Assembly: GCA_902547695.1 (NCBI GenBank)
Contig: CACCOR010000005.1
Location: forward strand, 17,431-81,430
Direction of reading: 5' to 3'
DNA: 64,000 nucleotides
DNA from: an uncultured SAR86 cluster bacterium
Lineage (GTDB): Bacteria > Pseudomonadota > Gammaproteobacteria > Magnimaribacterales > D2472
Shown here: positions 10,041 through 20,091 of the stretch, one piece after another
Position numbering within the stretch: position 1 is the first letter of the stretch
How the letters are laid out: the number at the start of each line of letters is the position of its first letter
Program-made: the position numbers and the translations under genes
Notes under the pieces: generated by a model
Database searches by the model: none
Told to the model about the DNA's origin: nothing
Seen by the model: the letters and a program-made list of their open reading frames with translations, nothing else

Positions 10041-10664
10041 ATGAGCGTAAATTCAGAGATATATCTAATAGGACTGGCTATTTTGATATTTCTTATAATT
10101 ACTTTTTTGTTCATTAGAAAAGTCTCAAATGATGGTAAGTTAAAAGTTAAAATTGAGAAAGTCCAAGATTCATCCGATTTAAATATTTCAGATGAGCCAC
10201 ATAAAAATCAACAATCTTTTGATTTTGAAATAAATCAGTCAAAAGAACAGGAATTAGTAATACTAAATTTAATTTCTATGGATAGATCTATGTTTGACAT
10301 GGATCAATTGTTTGATTTTTTATCAAATTATGGAGCAAAAACTGTGAATAATTATTTTGCTTTTTATCAAGATAATAAACTAGAAAAATTTCGGGTTATA
10401 AACGCTTTAAAACCAGGAACTTTTGAAGATGAAACTAAATCATTTGCAATTGCAGTTGTATCTGATTTAAATGTTGTAGATGATCCTTTAAATACAGTGA
10501 AACAAATGATCGAATTTTCAATTAATTTTGCAGAAAAATTTTATGCAACACTTTGTGATCAAGATAGAACTCCAATAACAAAACAAATGATCTCACACAT
10601 AGAGTCTAGAGCTCAAGATATAGCAAGATTAAAACAACTAAATATTTCTGATGAGGAAAATTAA
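10041..10664 (+). CDS. zipA: Cell division protein ZipA (short form)
   Basis: N-terminal TM helix, short linker, C-terminal domain with NALKPGTF and LCDQDRTPITKQ; conserved position after smc. Confidence 0.78.
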   Translation: MSVNSEIYLIGLAILIFLIITFLFIRKVSNDGKLKVKIEKVQDSSDLNISDEPHKNQQSFDFEINQSKEQELVILNLISMDRSMFDMDQLFDFLSNYGAKTVNNYFAFYQDNKLEKFRVINALKPGTFEDETKSFAIAVVSDLNVVDDPLNTVKQMIEFSINFAEKFYATLCDQDRTPITKQMISHIESRAQDIARLKQLNISDEEN

Positions 10665-10668
10665 ATAA

Positions 10669-11955
10669 ATGATAGAACCTTGGAAGATTATTGTAGAACT
10701 TGAAAGTGATAACAGTCGATTGTTTAAAGAGGGAGTAATAGAAAAGTTCCTTAACGATAAAACCTTTCAAGAGGGGCTTGTTATGTGTTTAGATCCTTTG
10801 ACTACATTTGGAGTTAAACAAGTACCAGAATGCATTGAAGATGGAGCAGGTCTAGATTGGAGTGATTTTAAAAAAGCTGCAAATCAATTAATAGATAGAG
10901 ACAAAACTGGCCATGCTGCAAGAGATTTGATTATTGAATTAATTGAGTCATCAAAGACAGATCAGTGGAATGATTGGTATAGAAGAATTCTCATCAAGGA
11001 CCTAAGATGTGGAGTAAGTGAAAAGACAGTAAATAACGTTGCAAAAAAAATGGACTTGGAATTCAGAGTACCTATTTTTTCATGCATGTTAGCTCATGAT
11101 GGCGCTAAGCATCCAAAAAAAATTAGAGGCGATTGTTTGGTAGAGTACAAATATGATGGTGTAAGAGTTATTGCGATTGTTAAAAATGGAAGGGCTACTT
11201 TATACAGTCGAAATGGAAAGATATTTAACAATTTTCCACATATTGAAAGCGCTCTAAGTAAAAAAGAATTTAATAATCTTGTTTTCGATGGAGAGGTGAT
11301 GAGCGATGATTTTCAGGCTTTAATGAAACAAGTTTATAGAAAATCTGGAGCAAAAACTGACGATGCTTATCTTGCTTTGTTTGATATTCTTCCACTCAAA
11401 GAATTTAATAATGGAAAAAGTATACTAACTTCAATTGAAAGAAAAGAACAACTTAATGAATTAGCTAAATTATTTGATGATGCAATAAAGCTTGTAGATT
11501 ATGAAATTATTAACTTTGATAATGATGATGGAAAAGCTAAATTTTCTAATATGAACAAAGAAGCACTTGAAAAAGGCTTTGAAGGCCTAATGATTAAACC
11601 GAATGATAATTTTTATGAGTGTAAAAGAAGTCATGCTTGGTTAAAAATTAAACCTTTCATTGAGGTAACGCTTAAGGTTATTGATATTCAAGAGGGGTCA
11701 GGGAAGCATGAGGGTAAGTTAGGTGCATTTCATGTAGAAGGCAAAGATGATGGTAAGTTCTTTTCTTTAAGTGTTGGAAGTGGCCTTACTGATGATGACA
11801 GAGAAAGATTTTGGGCTGCTAAAGATAAACTTATTGGAAGAATGGTAGAAATTAGAGCAGATGCTATAACTCAAAGTATTGAGGGCGAGCACTATAGCTT
11901 AAGATTTCCAAGATTTAAAAACTTTAGAGGATTTAAAGAGGATGAAAAGATTTAA
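10669..11955 (+). CDS. ATP-dependent DNA ligase (phage-type architecture)
   Basis: Motif I EYKYDGVR, III FDGE, IIIa LFDIL, IV EGLMIK, V WLKIK, OB-domain VGSGL and VI LRFPRF. No Zn finger, HhH or BRCT domain as in LigA. Confidence 0.93.
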   Translation: MIEPWKIIVELESDNSRLFKEGVIEKFLNDKTFQEGLVMCLDPLTTFGVKQVPECIEDGAGLDWSDFKKAANQLIDRDKTGHAARDLIIELIESSKTDQWNDWYRRILIKDLRCGVSEKTVNNVAKKMDLEFRVPIFSCMLAHDGAKHPKKIRGDCLVEYKYDGVRVIAIVKNGRATLYSRNGKIFNNFPHIESALSKKEFNNLVFDGEVMSDDFQALMKQVYRKSGAKTDDAYLALFDILPLKEFNNGKSILTSIERKEQLNELAKLFDDAIKLVDYEIINFDNDDGKAKFSNMNKEALEKGFEGLMIKPNDNFYECKRSHAWLKIKPFIEVTLKVIDIQEGSGKHEGKLGAFHVEGKDDGKFFSLSVGSGLTDDDRERFWAAKDKLIGRMVEIRADAITQSIEGEHYSLRFPRFKNFRGFKEDEKI

Positions 11956-12547
11956 GTATAGTTACTTCCTATTAATAATATTGATCATTCAATCTTGTGC
12001 TACAAGACCTCCTGAGAATCCTGACAATATATGTCTGATTTTTAAAGAAAAAAGAAGTTGGTACAAAGCAGTCATTAAAAGCGAAAAAAGATGGAAAATA
12101 CCACCTTATGTATTGATGTCATTTGTTCATCAAGAGTCAAGTTTCCAAGCAGATGCCAGACCTGATAGAGATAAAATCCTTGGTTTTATACCTTGGTTTA
12201 GACCGTCTTCTGCTGTTGGATATTCTCAAGCACTTACTAAAACCTGGGAGGATTATAAGGATGAGACTGGAAATACTAGGGCGAACAGAAAAGATTTTGC
12301 AGATTCAGCAGACTTTATAGGTTGGTACGCAAGCAAGGGTTACTATCAAGGTTTTGAGAGGACTGATGCAAGGTCACTGTATTTAGCATATCACGAGGGT
12401 TATACAGGGTTTGAAAGAAAAACTTATCGAAAAAAACAATGGTTAATAAAAGTTGCAGATAGAGTTCAAGCAAGATCAACCAAGTATCAAAAACAGTATT
12501 GGGGTTGTGAAAAAGATTTAAAAAGGAAGAAATTTATATTTTTTTAA
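11942..12547 (+). CDS. Lysozyme-like (transglycosylase SLT-type) lipoprotein
   Basis: Lipobox IQSC; HQESSF catalytic Glu; SSAVGYSQA; LYLAYHEG. Confidence 0.8.
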   Translation: MKRFKYSYFLLIILIIQSCATRPPENPDNICLIFKEKRSWYKAVIKSEKRWKIPPYVLMSFVHQESSFQADARPDRDKILGFIPWFRPSSAVGYSQALTKTWEDYKDETGNTRANRKDFADSADFIGWYASKGYYQGFERTDARSLYLAYHEGYTGFERKTYRKKQWLIKVADRVQARSTKYQKQYWGCEKDLKRKKFIFF

Positions 12548-15412
12548 TTAAATATTTTGTATTTTGAAATTTAATTTTTTCATCTCATCAATATAATTTT
12601 CGCCAGCAATGACAGATTTCTTTGATTCATTAAACAAATATTTTTGAGAGACATTTACTAGATCATCAAGTGAACAGCTTTTTACTAATGATCTAATTCT
12701 TAATCTTGCGTCTAAATCTTTTTTATCAAGATTCATAGAGAAATCACTCATCGCCTCTCCAAATGGAGATAGCGGCTTATCTATACTTGATATTATTCCT
12801 AAAACACCCTCGTCAAGCTGCTCTTGAGTAATATTTTTGAGCGACCATTCTCTGGATTTTTGAAACTCTTCAAACGTTTCAGAACATCTTGGATCACGAT
12901 ATGAAAAGAATTTAAATACTTTGTTATTGGAGTCTTGCATCGCTCCGGAACCATAAGCCCCACCTTTCTCTCTGATTGCTGAATGTAAATACCCATTTCT
13001 TAAAACAGCACCTAAAACGCTCAAAGCCGGCGCATCTTTATGAAAAAAATCGACCGTCGGAAAAGCCTCAGCACAATAAGTAACTTGAGCACCTGTAATC
13101 CATCCTATGGATTCTTCTTGTATATCAAAATAATTCTGAACACTAAAGTTAGTATCTTTATCGTCAAACTCAAAGTTAATATTTGAGTGATCTATGTCAA
13201 GAGAAGATGCAGTAAATGAATAAGATGGGTTTGAATCAATTTTATTTTTTATACCATTTAATAATTGAATGTACTTATCAAGATTAGATTGCGTTTCGAT
13301 ATTCTTTGAGAGCTTGTTTGTATTGGTAATAAAATTTATACCTGATACGAAATCATTGGTAGCTGAAATGTTATTAATTTGAGCTGCAGCATTGCTCATA
13401 GAAAGAATATGTCCATTTTGTATTAAAGACTTTTCATTATCTGATGATATGAAGTTAAGCATATCTTTAATTCTATTTTTATCAGAAAAATTTGAGTTCT
13501 TTGCAGTTTCAATCATTAAATCTTGCATTTTCTTTTCATTATCTTCTAGTGATTTAGATGTGATTTTTAATCCTAAAGAATGAGTCGATTGATTATCATC
13601 TGGAATGAGTGTAAAACTTGCTGAAATACCCCCAGTTACCGCAGACTGCATTTTTTGTACATCCTCATAGCTTTTATCACCAATCCCAACATCAGTTAAT
13701 GTATTTGTAAATAACGAAGCAATTTTTAACTCCTCTTTAGTCAGCGGATCGCATGGAAGAATTATTGAATGATAAGTAATGCCATTTGTACCAACGTTGT
13801 AATAAAAATTTTTATTGTCATTTTTAAAAGATTGAGATTTTGCATATTCTCGAGATTTTGGTATGTCTGCTTTAGTTACCTTGGGTAAAATTTCTGGATT
13901 ATCAGATTTTTCTTGTCTAGCTTTTAGGTTTTTAGCTAGTTCAATTATTCTTTCTTTGTCATCAACGGACAAGTTTTTTGATTTTTGATCAATTTTTGCT
14001 TGGATTTCCATTTCTTTTTTTGAATTGAATTCAATATCAGGCGCAAGGCAGTAGTTCACTCTATGTTGATTATTAATAATTTTCTTTTCAATAAGATTTT
14101 CAATATAGTTTTCTTTTTTAAGATTATTTTTAATTACATCAAATGATGCATCTAGATCTAAGACTCTAAGAGGGTCATCATTGTGTAAGCAGGCTGGAAG
14201 ACAACCTAACATAATTTGAAGACCATAAGGCATACCGGAACCCGTTATCTCTCTTTGTTTTATTTCAAGTTGATGAAGTGATGATTGAACAAGTTCTTCA
14301 GAAATGCCATTTGAGACAACATTTTTTAAACAATTTAGAATTAATTCTTCAACCTCAAGTTGCTTATTGGAATCTACACCTTCAAGACCTGCAGCAAATA
14401 CTAGCTCTTTATGATCAGCTTCTAGACCAGTTAATGGAGATAAAGATTTACCTAAATCGGTATTTTCAAGCGTCTTTCTTAAAGGCGATGCAGAATTATC
14501 TAAAAGTATGTTTGAAACTAAATACGATTCTAATAACTCTACTGGATTATGACTTTCTCCCAAAAGCCAGCTTAATACGACATGATGATTATTTTCATCT
14601 TCTGGCATGGGATTATAGTATTCGGTAATAGTTTTTGGTTCACTTATTCTATTTTCGTTTTTCACACTTATAGTCTCAGATGATGGCTGAAAGCTTTTTA
14701 AAACATTCTCATTTATGAATTCTTGAATTTCAGTAGGATCAACGTTACCAAATGTAAAAAAAGTTGCATTCGACGGGTGATAATGTTTTTTATGGAACTC
14801 TACAAGGTAATCATGGGTTAGATCTATAATGTTTTCAGGATTTCCACCACTATTATGTTTATAAGTTGATGAGTTATATAGGTGCTTTGATAGACCATGC
14901 CACAACTGGCTAGTTATAGAGCTCATAGCTCCTTTCATTTCATTGAAAACCACCCCTTTAATTTCTAAATCGCTATCTGCGTTATTACTTTCGGAGAATT
15001 CGAGCCTATGGCCTTCCTGAAGGAAATCAAGTTCATCTAAATTTGGAAAGAAAGAAGAATCTAAATAAACACTTAAAAGGTTATTAAAGTCTTTATCATT
15101 TTGTGTGGCAAAAGGATATGCTGTCCAATCACTTGAAGTAAAAGCATTCATAAACGTATTTAAAGATCTTCTTATCATCATGAAAAATGGATCTCTGACA
15201 GGATACTTTTTTGATCCACATAGAGCTGTATGCTCTAAGATATGTGCAACTCCAGTTGAATCTTCAGGAATAGTTCTAAAGGCAACCATAAAGACTTTTT
15301 CATCACTTTTTGAATCTAGATGAATATGCTTGCAATTGAAATTAGATTCAGTATATATTTGAGCATTAAGGTCTAATAATTTAATATATTTCTGATCTTC
15401 TAAGTTAAACAT
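12548..15412 (-). CDS. M16C insulinase-family metallopeptidase (PreP-like)
   Basis: Inverted zinc motif HILEH, GVVFNEMKG, IREKGGAYG, SYRDP. Confidence 0.92.
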   Translation of the reverse strand: MFNLEDQKYIKLLDLNAQIYTESNFNCKHIHLDSKSDEKVFMVAFRTIPEDSTGVAHILEHTALCGSKKYPVRDPFFMMIRRSLNTFMNAFTSSDWTAYPFATQNDKDFNNLLSVYLDSSFFPNLDELDFLQEGHRLEFSESNNADSDLEIKGVVFNEMKGAMSSITSQLWHGLSKHLYNSSTYKHNSGGNPENIIDLTHDYLVEFHKKHYHPSNATFFTFGNVDPTEIQEFINENVLKSFQPSSETISVKNENRISEPKTITEYYNPMPEDENNHHVVLSWLLGESHNPVELLESYLVSNILLDNSASPLRKTLENTDLGKSLSPLTGLEADHKELVFAAGLEGVDSNKQLEVEELILNCLKNVVSNGISEELVQSSLHQLEIKQREITGSGMPYGLQIMLGCLPACLHNDDPLRVLDLDASFDVIKNNLKKENYIENLIEKKIINNQHRVNYCLAPDIEFNSKKEMEIQAKIDQKSKNLSVDDKERIIELAKNLKARQEKSDNPEILPKVTKADIPKSREYAKSQSFKNDNKNFYYNVGTNGITYHSIILPCDPLTKEELKIASLFTNTLTDVGIGDKSYEDVQKMQSAVTGGISASFTLIPDDNQSTHSLGLKITSKSLEDNEKKMQDLMIETAKNSNFSDKNRIKDMLNFISSDNEKSLIQNGHILSMSNAAAQINNISATNDFVSGINFITNTNKLSKNIETQSNLDKYIQLLNGIKNKIDSNPSYSFTASSLDIDHSNINFEFDDKDTNFSVQNYFDIQEESIGWITGAQVTYCAEAFPTVDFFHKDAPALSVLGAVLRNGYLHSAIREKGGAYGSGAMQDSNNKVFKFFSYRDPRCSETFEEFQKSREWSLKNITQEQLDEGVLGIISSIDKPLSPFGEAMSDFSMNLDKKDLDARLRIRSLVKSCSLDDLVNVSQKYLFNESKKSVIAGENYIDEMKKLNFKIQNI

Positions 15413-15432
15413 ATTTCAATAATAAATAATTT

Positions 15433-15945
15433 ATGAATAAAATTACATCACTTTTAAGCTTAATAATACTTATAGGCTGTACTGCAACTCAATCGAATAT
15501 TAAGACCGATTCAATCGAGACTTTTAATTTAAGTAATTATAACGAATTTAATATAAAGATAAACAATACAAATATAAGCGCTGAAGTTAACCCCATTGTG
15601 CTTGAAAGATTTAAAGAAAATCTCAAAACAGCAGTTGAACAAAGAGGTCTTAAATACAATAAAGATTCAAATATTGTGTTTGATATAAATTTTACTACAA
15701 AAGAAACAGTAGAGTCCGATCCATTGAATTTTTACTACTCAAGATATTACTATGATTATTATAGATATAGAGATGACGTATATAACGTTACTCAAAACAT
15801 ACTAAGAGTAAATCTAAGAAATCTTGATGATGACAAAACACTTTGGACTGTTGTGACAGTATGGAGAGATGGTTCTAGCAGATCAATATCTTCTGACGAT
15901 GCGTCGAATATGTTAGTGGATGAGATAATGATAAGCTTTTTATAA
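15433..15945 (+). CDS. Lipoprotein, DUF4136-like
   Basis: Lipobox LIGC, Tyr-rich central segment, and a LRVNLRN...TLW strand typical of DUF4136. Confidence 0.65.
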   Translation: MNKITSLLSLIILIGCTATQSNIKTDSIETFNLSNYNEFNIKINNTNISAEVNPIVLERFKENLKTAVEQRGLKYNKDSNIVFDINFTTKETVESDPLNFYYSRYYYDYYRYRDDVYNVTQNILRVNLRNLDDDKTLWTVVTVWRDGSSRSISSDDASNMLVDEIMISFL

Positions 15946-15954
15946 AAGTATATT

Positions 15955-17670
15955 TTGCATAAATTCTTTAAAATATTTTTAATACTTGTCGTCGTTACAG
16001 GATGTTCAAATTCTGATAGTAAAAAAATTGATATTCCTTATTCATCTGAAGTTGAAGATCTTATTCTTCATTCGGAAGAATTTGAGCAAAAAATATTATC
16101 TTATGATACTCCTGGCGGACTCATTCACTTTGCAATTGGATTTGGCATTGCAAATTCAATAATGGTTGAGGGTAATGGTGGCAACATCATTATTGATGCT
16201 GCTGATAGCATGTACGAGGCGGAAAAGGTCTATAACTTATTCAAACAAAAAAATTCAAATCCGATTAAAGCGATTATTTACACTCATAACCATGGAGATC
16301 ATACTTTTGGAACACAATATTATCTTAATATTCAAGAAGAAAGGCCACAAATCATTGCTCATGAAGATACTGACTTTTATGTTCAAAGAATAATGGGGAT
16401 TCTTAATCCTATTATTGCTGCTCGTAGCACAAGAATGTTTGGCACTACCTTACCTGAAGAAGATTTAATCAATGTTGGCATAGGTCCAAACTTAAGTGTT
16501 TCAAAATCACCAACAGGATATGTAAAGCCAGATTTAACCTTTGAAGATGAACTAAAAATCAATATTTCTGGTATAGAAATTGAGATGTATCATGCGCCTG
16601 GTGAAACAAATGATCAGATTTTTGTATGGTTGCCTAATCACAAGTCTCTAATGCCAGGAGATAATGTATATAAGACTTTTCCAAACTTATACACCATAAG
16701 AGGCACCACACATAGAGATGTAAAAGGCTGGATAGAAAGCCTAGATCATATGAAAACATTTAATCCAGAATTTCTTTTTCCAAGTCACACCAAACCAATT
16801 ATAGGAAAGGATGTAATACAAGATGTCTTAAATGTTTACAGAGATGCTATTCAATATGTTCACGACCAAACAATTAGATTAATGAATCAAGGAATGTATC
16901 CAGATGAGATTGCCGAAAAGATAGAATTACCCGATAGCATAGTAAATTCCCCATATTTAAAAGAATTTTATGGAACTGTTAGATGGTCTGTTAAGAGCAT
17001 ATTTAATGGATACTTAGGATGGTTTAGCGGTAATCCATCTGAATTAGATCCGCTTTCTAGAGAAGAAAAAGCAAAAAGAGTATTAAATCTTGCTGGAGAC
17101 ATAAATGTTTTGATTGAGGATCTAAGGATTGCGGTTAGTAATAATGATATGCAATGGGCACTTGAACTAAGTGATTATTTAATCGCATTAGATAATTTTA
17201 CCGAGGAAGTAAGAAACTTAAGAATAGATGCTTTGTTATACGAAGGTTCAAGATCATCAAATCCAAATAAAAGAAACTATTTTTTAACCTCAGCTTTTGA
17301 GTTGAGCTCAGATTATGATGAACCTTCATTGTTAGATAGGACTTCTGAAGAACTATTAGAATATATTTCAATGAGTACATTATTTGATGTTTTATCTACA
17401 AGATATAATCCGAAAAATATTGAAGAAAACATAACTGTTTGTTTTATTTTTTCTTCAGGATTAATAAAAAACATTACCATAAGAAATCAAGTAGCAGTTA
17501 TCAGTAATTCAAATCAAGATATTTGCTCGATTACTGTTTTGACCGACGAAATAGAACTTAAAAAAGTTTTAACTGGACTATCTAATCCCGTTACATCTAT
17601 TGCATCAGGAGACATGCAAATAGAAGGAGGTTCGGTTGAATTTCTCCAATTCCTAAGCAAATTTAGATAA
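15955..17670 (+). CDS. Alkyl sulfatase (SdsA/BDS1 family, MBL fold), lipoprotein
   Basis: THNHGDH, APGETND, FPNLYTIRGT, YLGWFSGNP, SCP2-like C-terminus; lipobox VTGC. Confidence 0.88.
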   Translation: MHKFFKIFLILVVVTGCSNSDSKKIDIPYSSEVEDLILHSEEFEQKILSYDTPGGLIHFAIGFGIANSIMVEGNGGNIIIDAADSMYEAEKVYNLFKQKNSNPIKAIIYTHNHGDHTFGTQYYLNIQEERPQIIAHEDTDFYVQRIMGILNPIIAARSTRMFGTTLPEEDLINVGIGPNLSVSKSPTGYVKPDLTFEDELKINISGIEIEMYHAPGETNDQIFVWLPNHKSLMPGDNVYKTFPNLYTIRGTTHRDVKGWIESLDHMKTFNPEFLFPSHTKPIIGKDVIQDVLNVYRDAIQYVHDQTIRLMNQGMYPDEIAEKIELPDSIVNSPYLKEFYGTVRWSVKSIFNGYLGWFSGNPSELDPLSREEKAKRVLNLAGDINVLIEDLRIAVSNNDMQWALELSDYLIALDNFTEEVRNLRIDALLYEGSRSSNPNKRNYFLTSAFELSSDYDEPSLLDRTSEELLEYISMSTLFDVLSTRYNPKNIEENITVCFIFSSGLIKNITIRNQVAVISNSNQDICSITVLTDEIELKKVLTGLSNPVTSIASGDMQIEGGSVEFLQFLSKFR

Positions 17671-17675
17671 ATTAA

Positions 17676-18899
17676 CTAAGAATTGCCAGATGGTATGTCT
17701 TTAAACGCAACACCTTTATCAGCCCGTGGATCTTGAGGAAGTCCAAGCACTCTTTCAGCAATGATGTTTCTTAGGATTTCATCTGTTCCACCAGCTATTC
17801 TCATTCCAGGTGCCCCCAACCAGGCATTTTGAAAACCTTTTACATCATTATTATCTGTTCTTAGCATGCCAGCCATGTCTAGTGAATCTATCCCAAAATT
17901 ACCAATATTTTGAAGTTTTCCAGCGCTGACAATCTTAGTTATTGATGCCTCAGGTCCAGGAGTATCTCCTCTAGAAAGTGCAGACATTGTTCTTAGCTTT
18001 GTATTTTTAAGGCCACTTTTTTCACAATACCAATCAGCAATAGATTCTCTTGCTGCTTTATTATTTAAAAGGGGCTCTCCTAGATTATCTTGAGTTTTTG
18101 CCCATCTAAAGGCATCCTCAACATCCGCTCCACCTGCATCACCAACGGCAAGTCTTTCATTCATTAATGTTGTTATAGCAACCTTCCAGCCATCACCAAT
18201 TTCTCCAAGTCTTTGAGAATCAGGAATTTCTACATCAGTGAAATAAACCTCATTGAAACTTGAACCACCAGTAATTTGCTTAATTGGCTTTACCTCAATG
18301 CCTGGTGATTTCATATCAACAAAGAAGAACGTCATACCCTTATGTTTTTCTAAGTCTGGATCATGTCTTACCACTAAAATTCCATAATCTGAAAAATGAG
18401 CACCAGATGTCCAGACTTTCTGACCATTAATAATCCACTTATCACCTTTTTGAACTGCTTTACTTCTAAGACCAGCCACATCTGAACCTGCTGAAGGCTC
18501 AGAAAACAATTGACACCATATTTCTTTACCTTCTGCCATTGGTGGTAAATATCTTTCTTTTTGTTCCTCTGAAGCATACTCCATCATCACTGGACCACAC
18601 ATACCTAAACCAATTTCAAAAATTCCCTTTGGTACATCAAACTTAGCTTCTTCGTTAGCCCATATAATTCTTTCCATTGAACTCGCACCAATTCCACCAT
18701 ATTCTTTTGGCCAATGAAGCATTGCCCATCCAGCATCATATTTCTTTTTTTGCCATGCTTTAGCTGCTTTCATTTTGTCTTTATTTGCAAAGTCATCATT
18801 TTGAGGTGTTGAATCCTCTTTATAGGTGGCATTTTTTTCAAGCCAATCTCTACATTTTTTTCTAAATTTTGCTTCTTCTTTTGTGTCGTTAAAATCCAT
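17676..18899 (-). CDS. Acyl-CoA dehydrogenase
   Basis: WCQLFSEPSAGSD, NGQKVWTS, LMNERL, IAGGTDEI. Confidence 0.93.
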   Translation of the reverse strand: MDFNDTKEEAKFRKKCRDWLEKNATYKEDSTPQNDDFANKDKMKAAKAWQKKKYDAGWAMLHWPKEYGGIGASSMERIIWANEEAKFDVPKGIFEIGLGMCGPVMMEYASEEQKERYLPPMAEGKEIWCQLFSEPSAGSDVAGLRSKAVQKGDKWIINGQKVWTSGAHFSDYGILVVRHDPDLEKHKGMTFFFVDMKSPGIEVKPIKQITGGSSFNEVYFTDVEIPDSQRLGEIGDGWKVAITTLMNERLAVGDAGGADVEDAFRWAKTQDNLGEPLLNNKAARESIADWYCEKSGLKNTKLRTMSALSRGDTPGPEASITKIVSAGKLQNIGNFGIDSLDMAGMLRTDNNDVKGFQNAWLGAPGMRIAGGTDEILRNIIAERVLGLPQDPRADKGVAFKDIPSGNS

Positions 18900-18909
18900 A
18901 TTTATTTTC

Positions 18910-20022
18910 CTAATTAATATTTGATTGTTCTAAACTAGTAACTAATTTTTCTCTCCAATTACTTAGAGACCCAAGATTTAATGATAAAAGCTTAGATCGT
19001 CTATAAAACATATGGCAATCATATTCCCATGTAAATCCATTTCCACCATGAGTTTGAATATTTTCTTGAGAACATAACTGATAAGCTTTGATTGCACTAA
19101 CACGAGCTGTTGCTGATGCTGATGGGAGATCAGCTGAATCAGTTGATAATGCCCAAGCTGCATAGTAACAATTTGATTTTGCAAGAGTAAGAGCAATGTA
19201 CATATCAGCAAGCTTATGTTTAATTGCTTGATAAGAGCCTATCGGTCGTCCAAAAGCATATCTCTCTTTTGCATAATTAACGGCCATATCTAGTGATGCT
19301 TGAGAACCTCCAATTTGCTCATAAGCAAAAAGAACTGCTGCTTGATTAATAATAGATTCATAAATATCCCATCCAGAAATATCATCACCAATAGCTTGAG
19401 TGTCAACACCGTCGAATGTTATTGAGAAATGGCCTCTGCTTTCATCAATATTCTCTTGGTGTTCAATTGAAACACCTTCATGAGATAAATCAGCAACTTG
19501 AAGGCAAATACCTTTTTCTGATTTAGCAACAACTAATGCATGAGTTGCAATGCTCGCATCAGGTACAGCAATTTTCTTGCCATTTATTTTTCCTGATTTG
19601 CAAGATAATTTAATATTATCTTTTGAAGGTGCAAAGAGATCTTCTGTTACTGCCAAGGTTCCAATGACATCACCAGATACTAATTTTGGAAGAAGATCTT
19701 TTTTCATTTCCTCGCTTCCATACTTAATTATTGCTTCTGTGAATAAATATACAGAAGATGAGAAAGGAACTGGGGCTAAAAATCTTCCAAGCTCTTCAGC
19801 AATAACACATAGCTCCAAATGTCCTAAACCAAGACCATCAAATTCTTCAGGAATTCTAATACCAGTCCACCCAAGCTCAACAATTTTTGACCATAGCTCT
19901 TGATCAAAATGTGACTGATTTTCTAAAACTGTTCTATTTCGCAATAGGGCATTTTCTTTTTCTAAGAATTTTCTTGCTTCTTCTTGAAGAAACTTTTGAT
20001 CGTCTGAAAAATCTAAATTCAT
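18910..20022 (-). CDS. Acyl-CoA dehydrogenase, short partner subunit
   Basis: RYAFGRPIGSYQAIKH and QTHGGNGFTWE; the N-terminal FAD motif is degenerate (LAVTED). Confidence 0.88.
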   Translation of the reverse strand: MNLDFSDDQKFLQEEARKFLEKENALLRNRTVLENQSHFDQELWSKIVELGWTGIRIPEEFDGLGLGHLELCVIAEELGRFLAPVPFSSSVYLFTEAIIKYGSEEMKKDLLPKLVSGDVIGTLAVTEDLFAPSKDNIKLSCKSGKINGKKIAVPDASIATHALVVAKSEKGICLQVADLSHEGVSIEHQENIDESRGHFSITFDGVDTQAIGDDISGWDIYESIINQAAVLFAYEQIGGSQASLDMAVNYAKERYAFGRPIGSYQAIKHKLADMYIALTLAKSNCYYAAWALSTDSADLPSASATARVSAIKAYQLCSQENIQTHGGNGFTWEYDCHMFYRRSKLLSLNLGSLSNWREKLVTSLEQSNIN

Positions 20023-20091
20023 TATAAAGTTTTAAGTTAAGGTAAAATAATCAATTATTATATGCTAAATACGTTTGAATTTTAATTATCA

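Noticed and set aside
10669-12547. Prophage remnant suggested by the phage-type ligase and lysozyme-like gene
   Set aside because: No structural, terminase or integrase genes. The lysozyme-like protein is a common chromosomal lipoprotein, and both genes are tightly embedded in a core operon.
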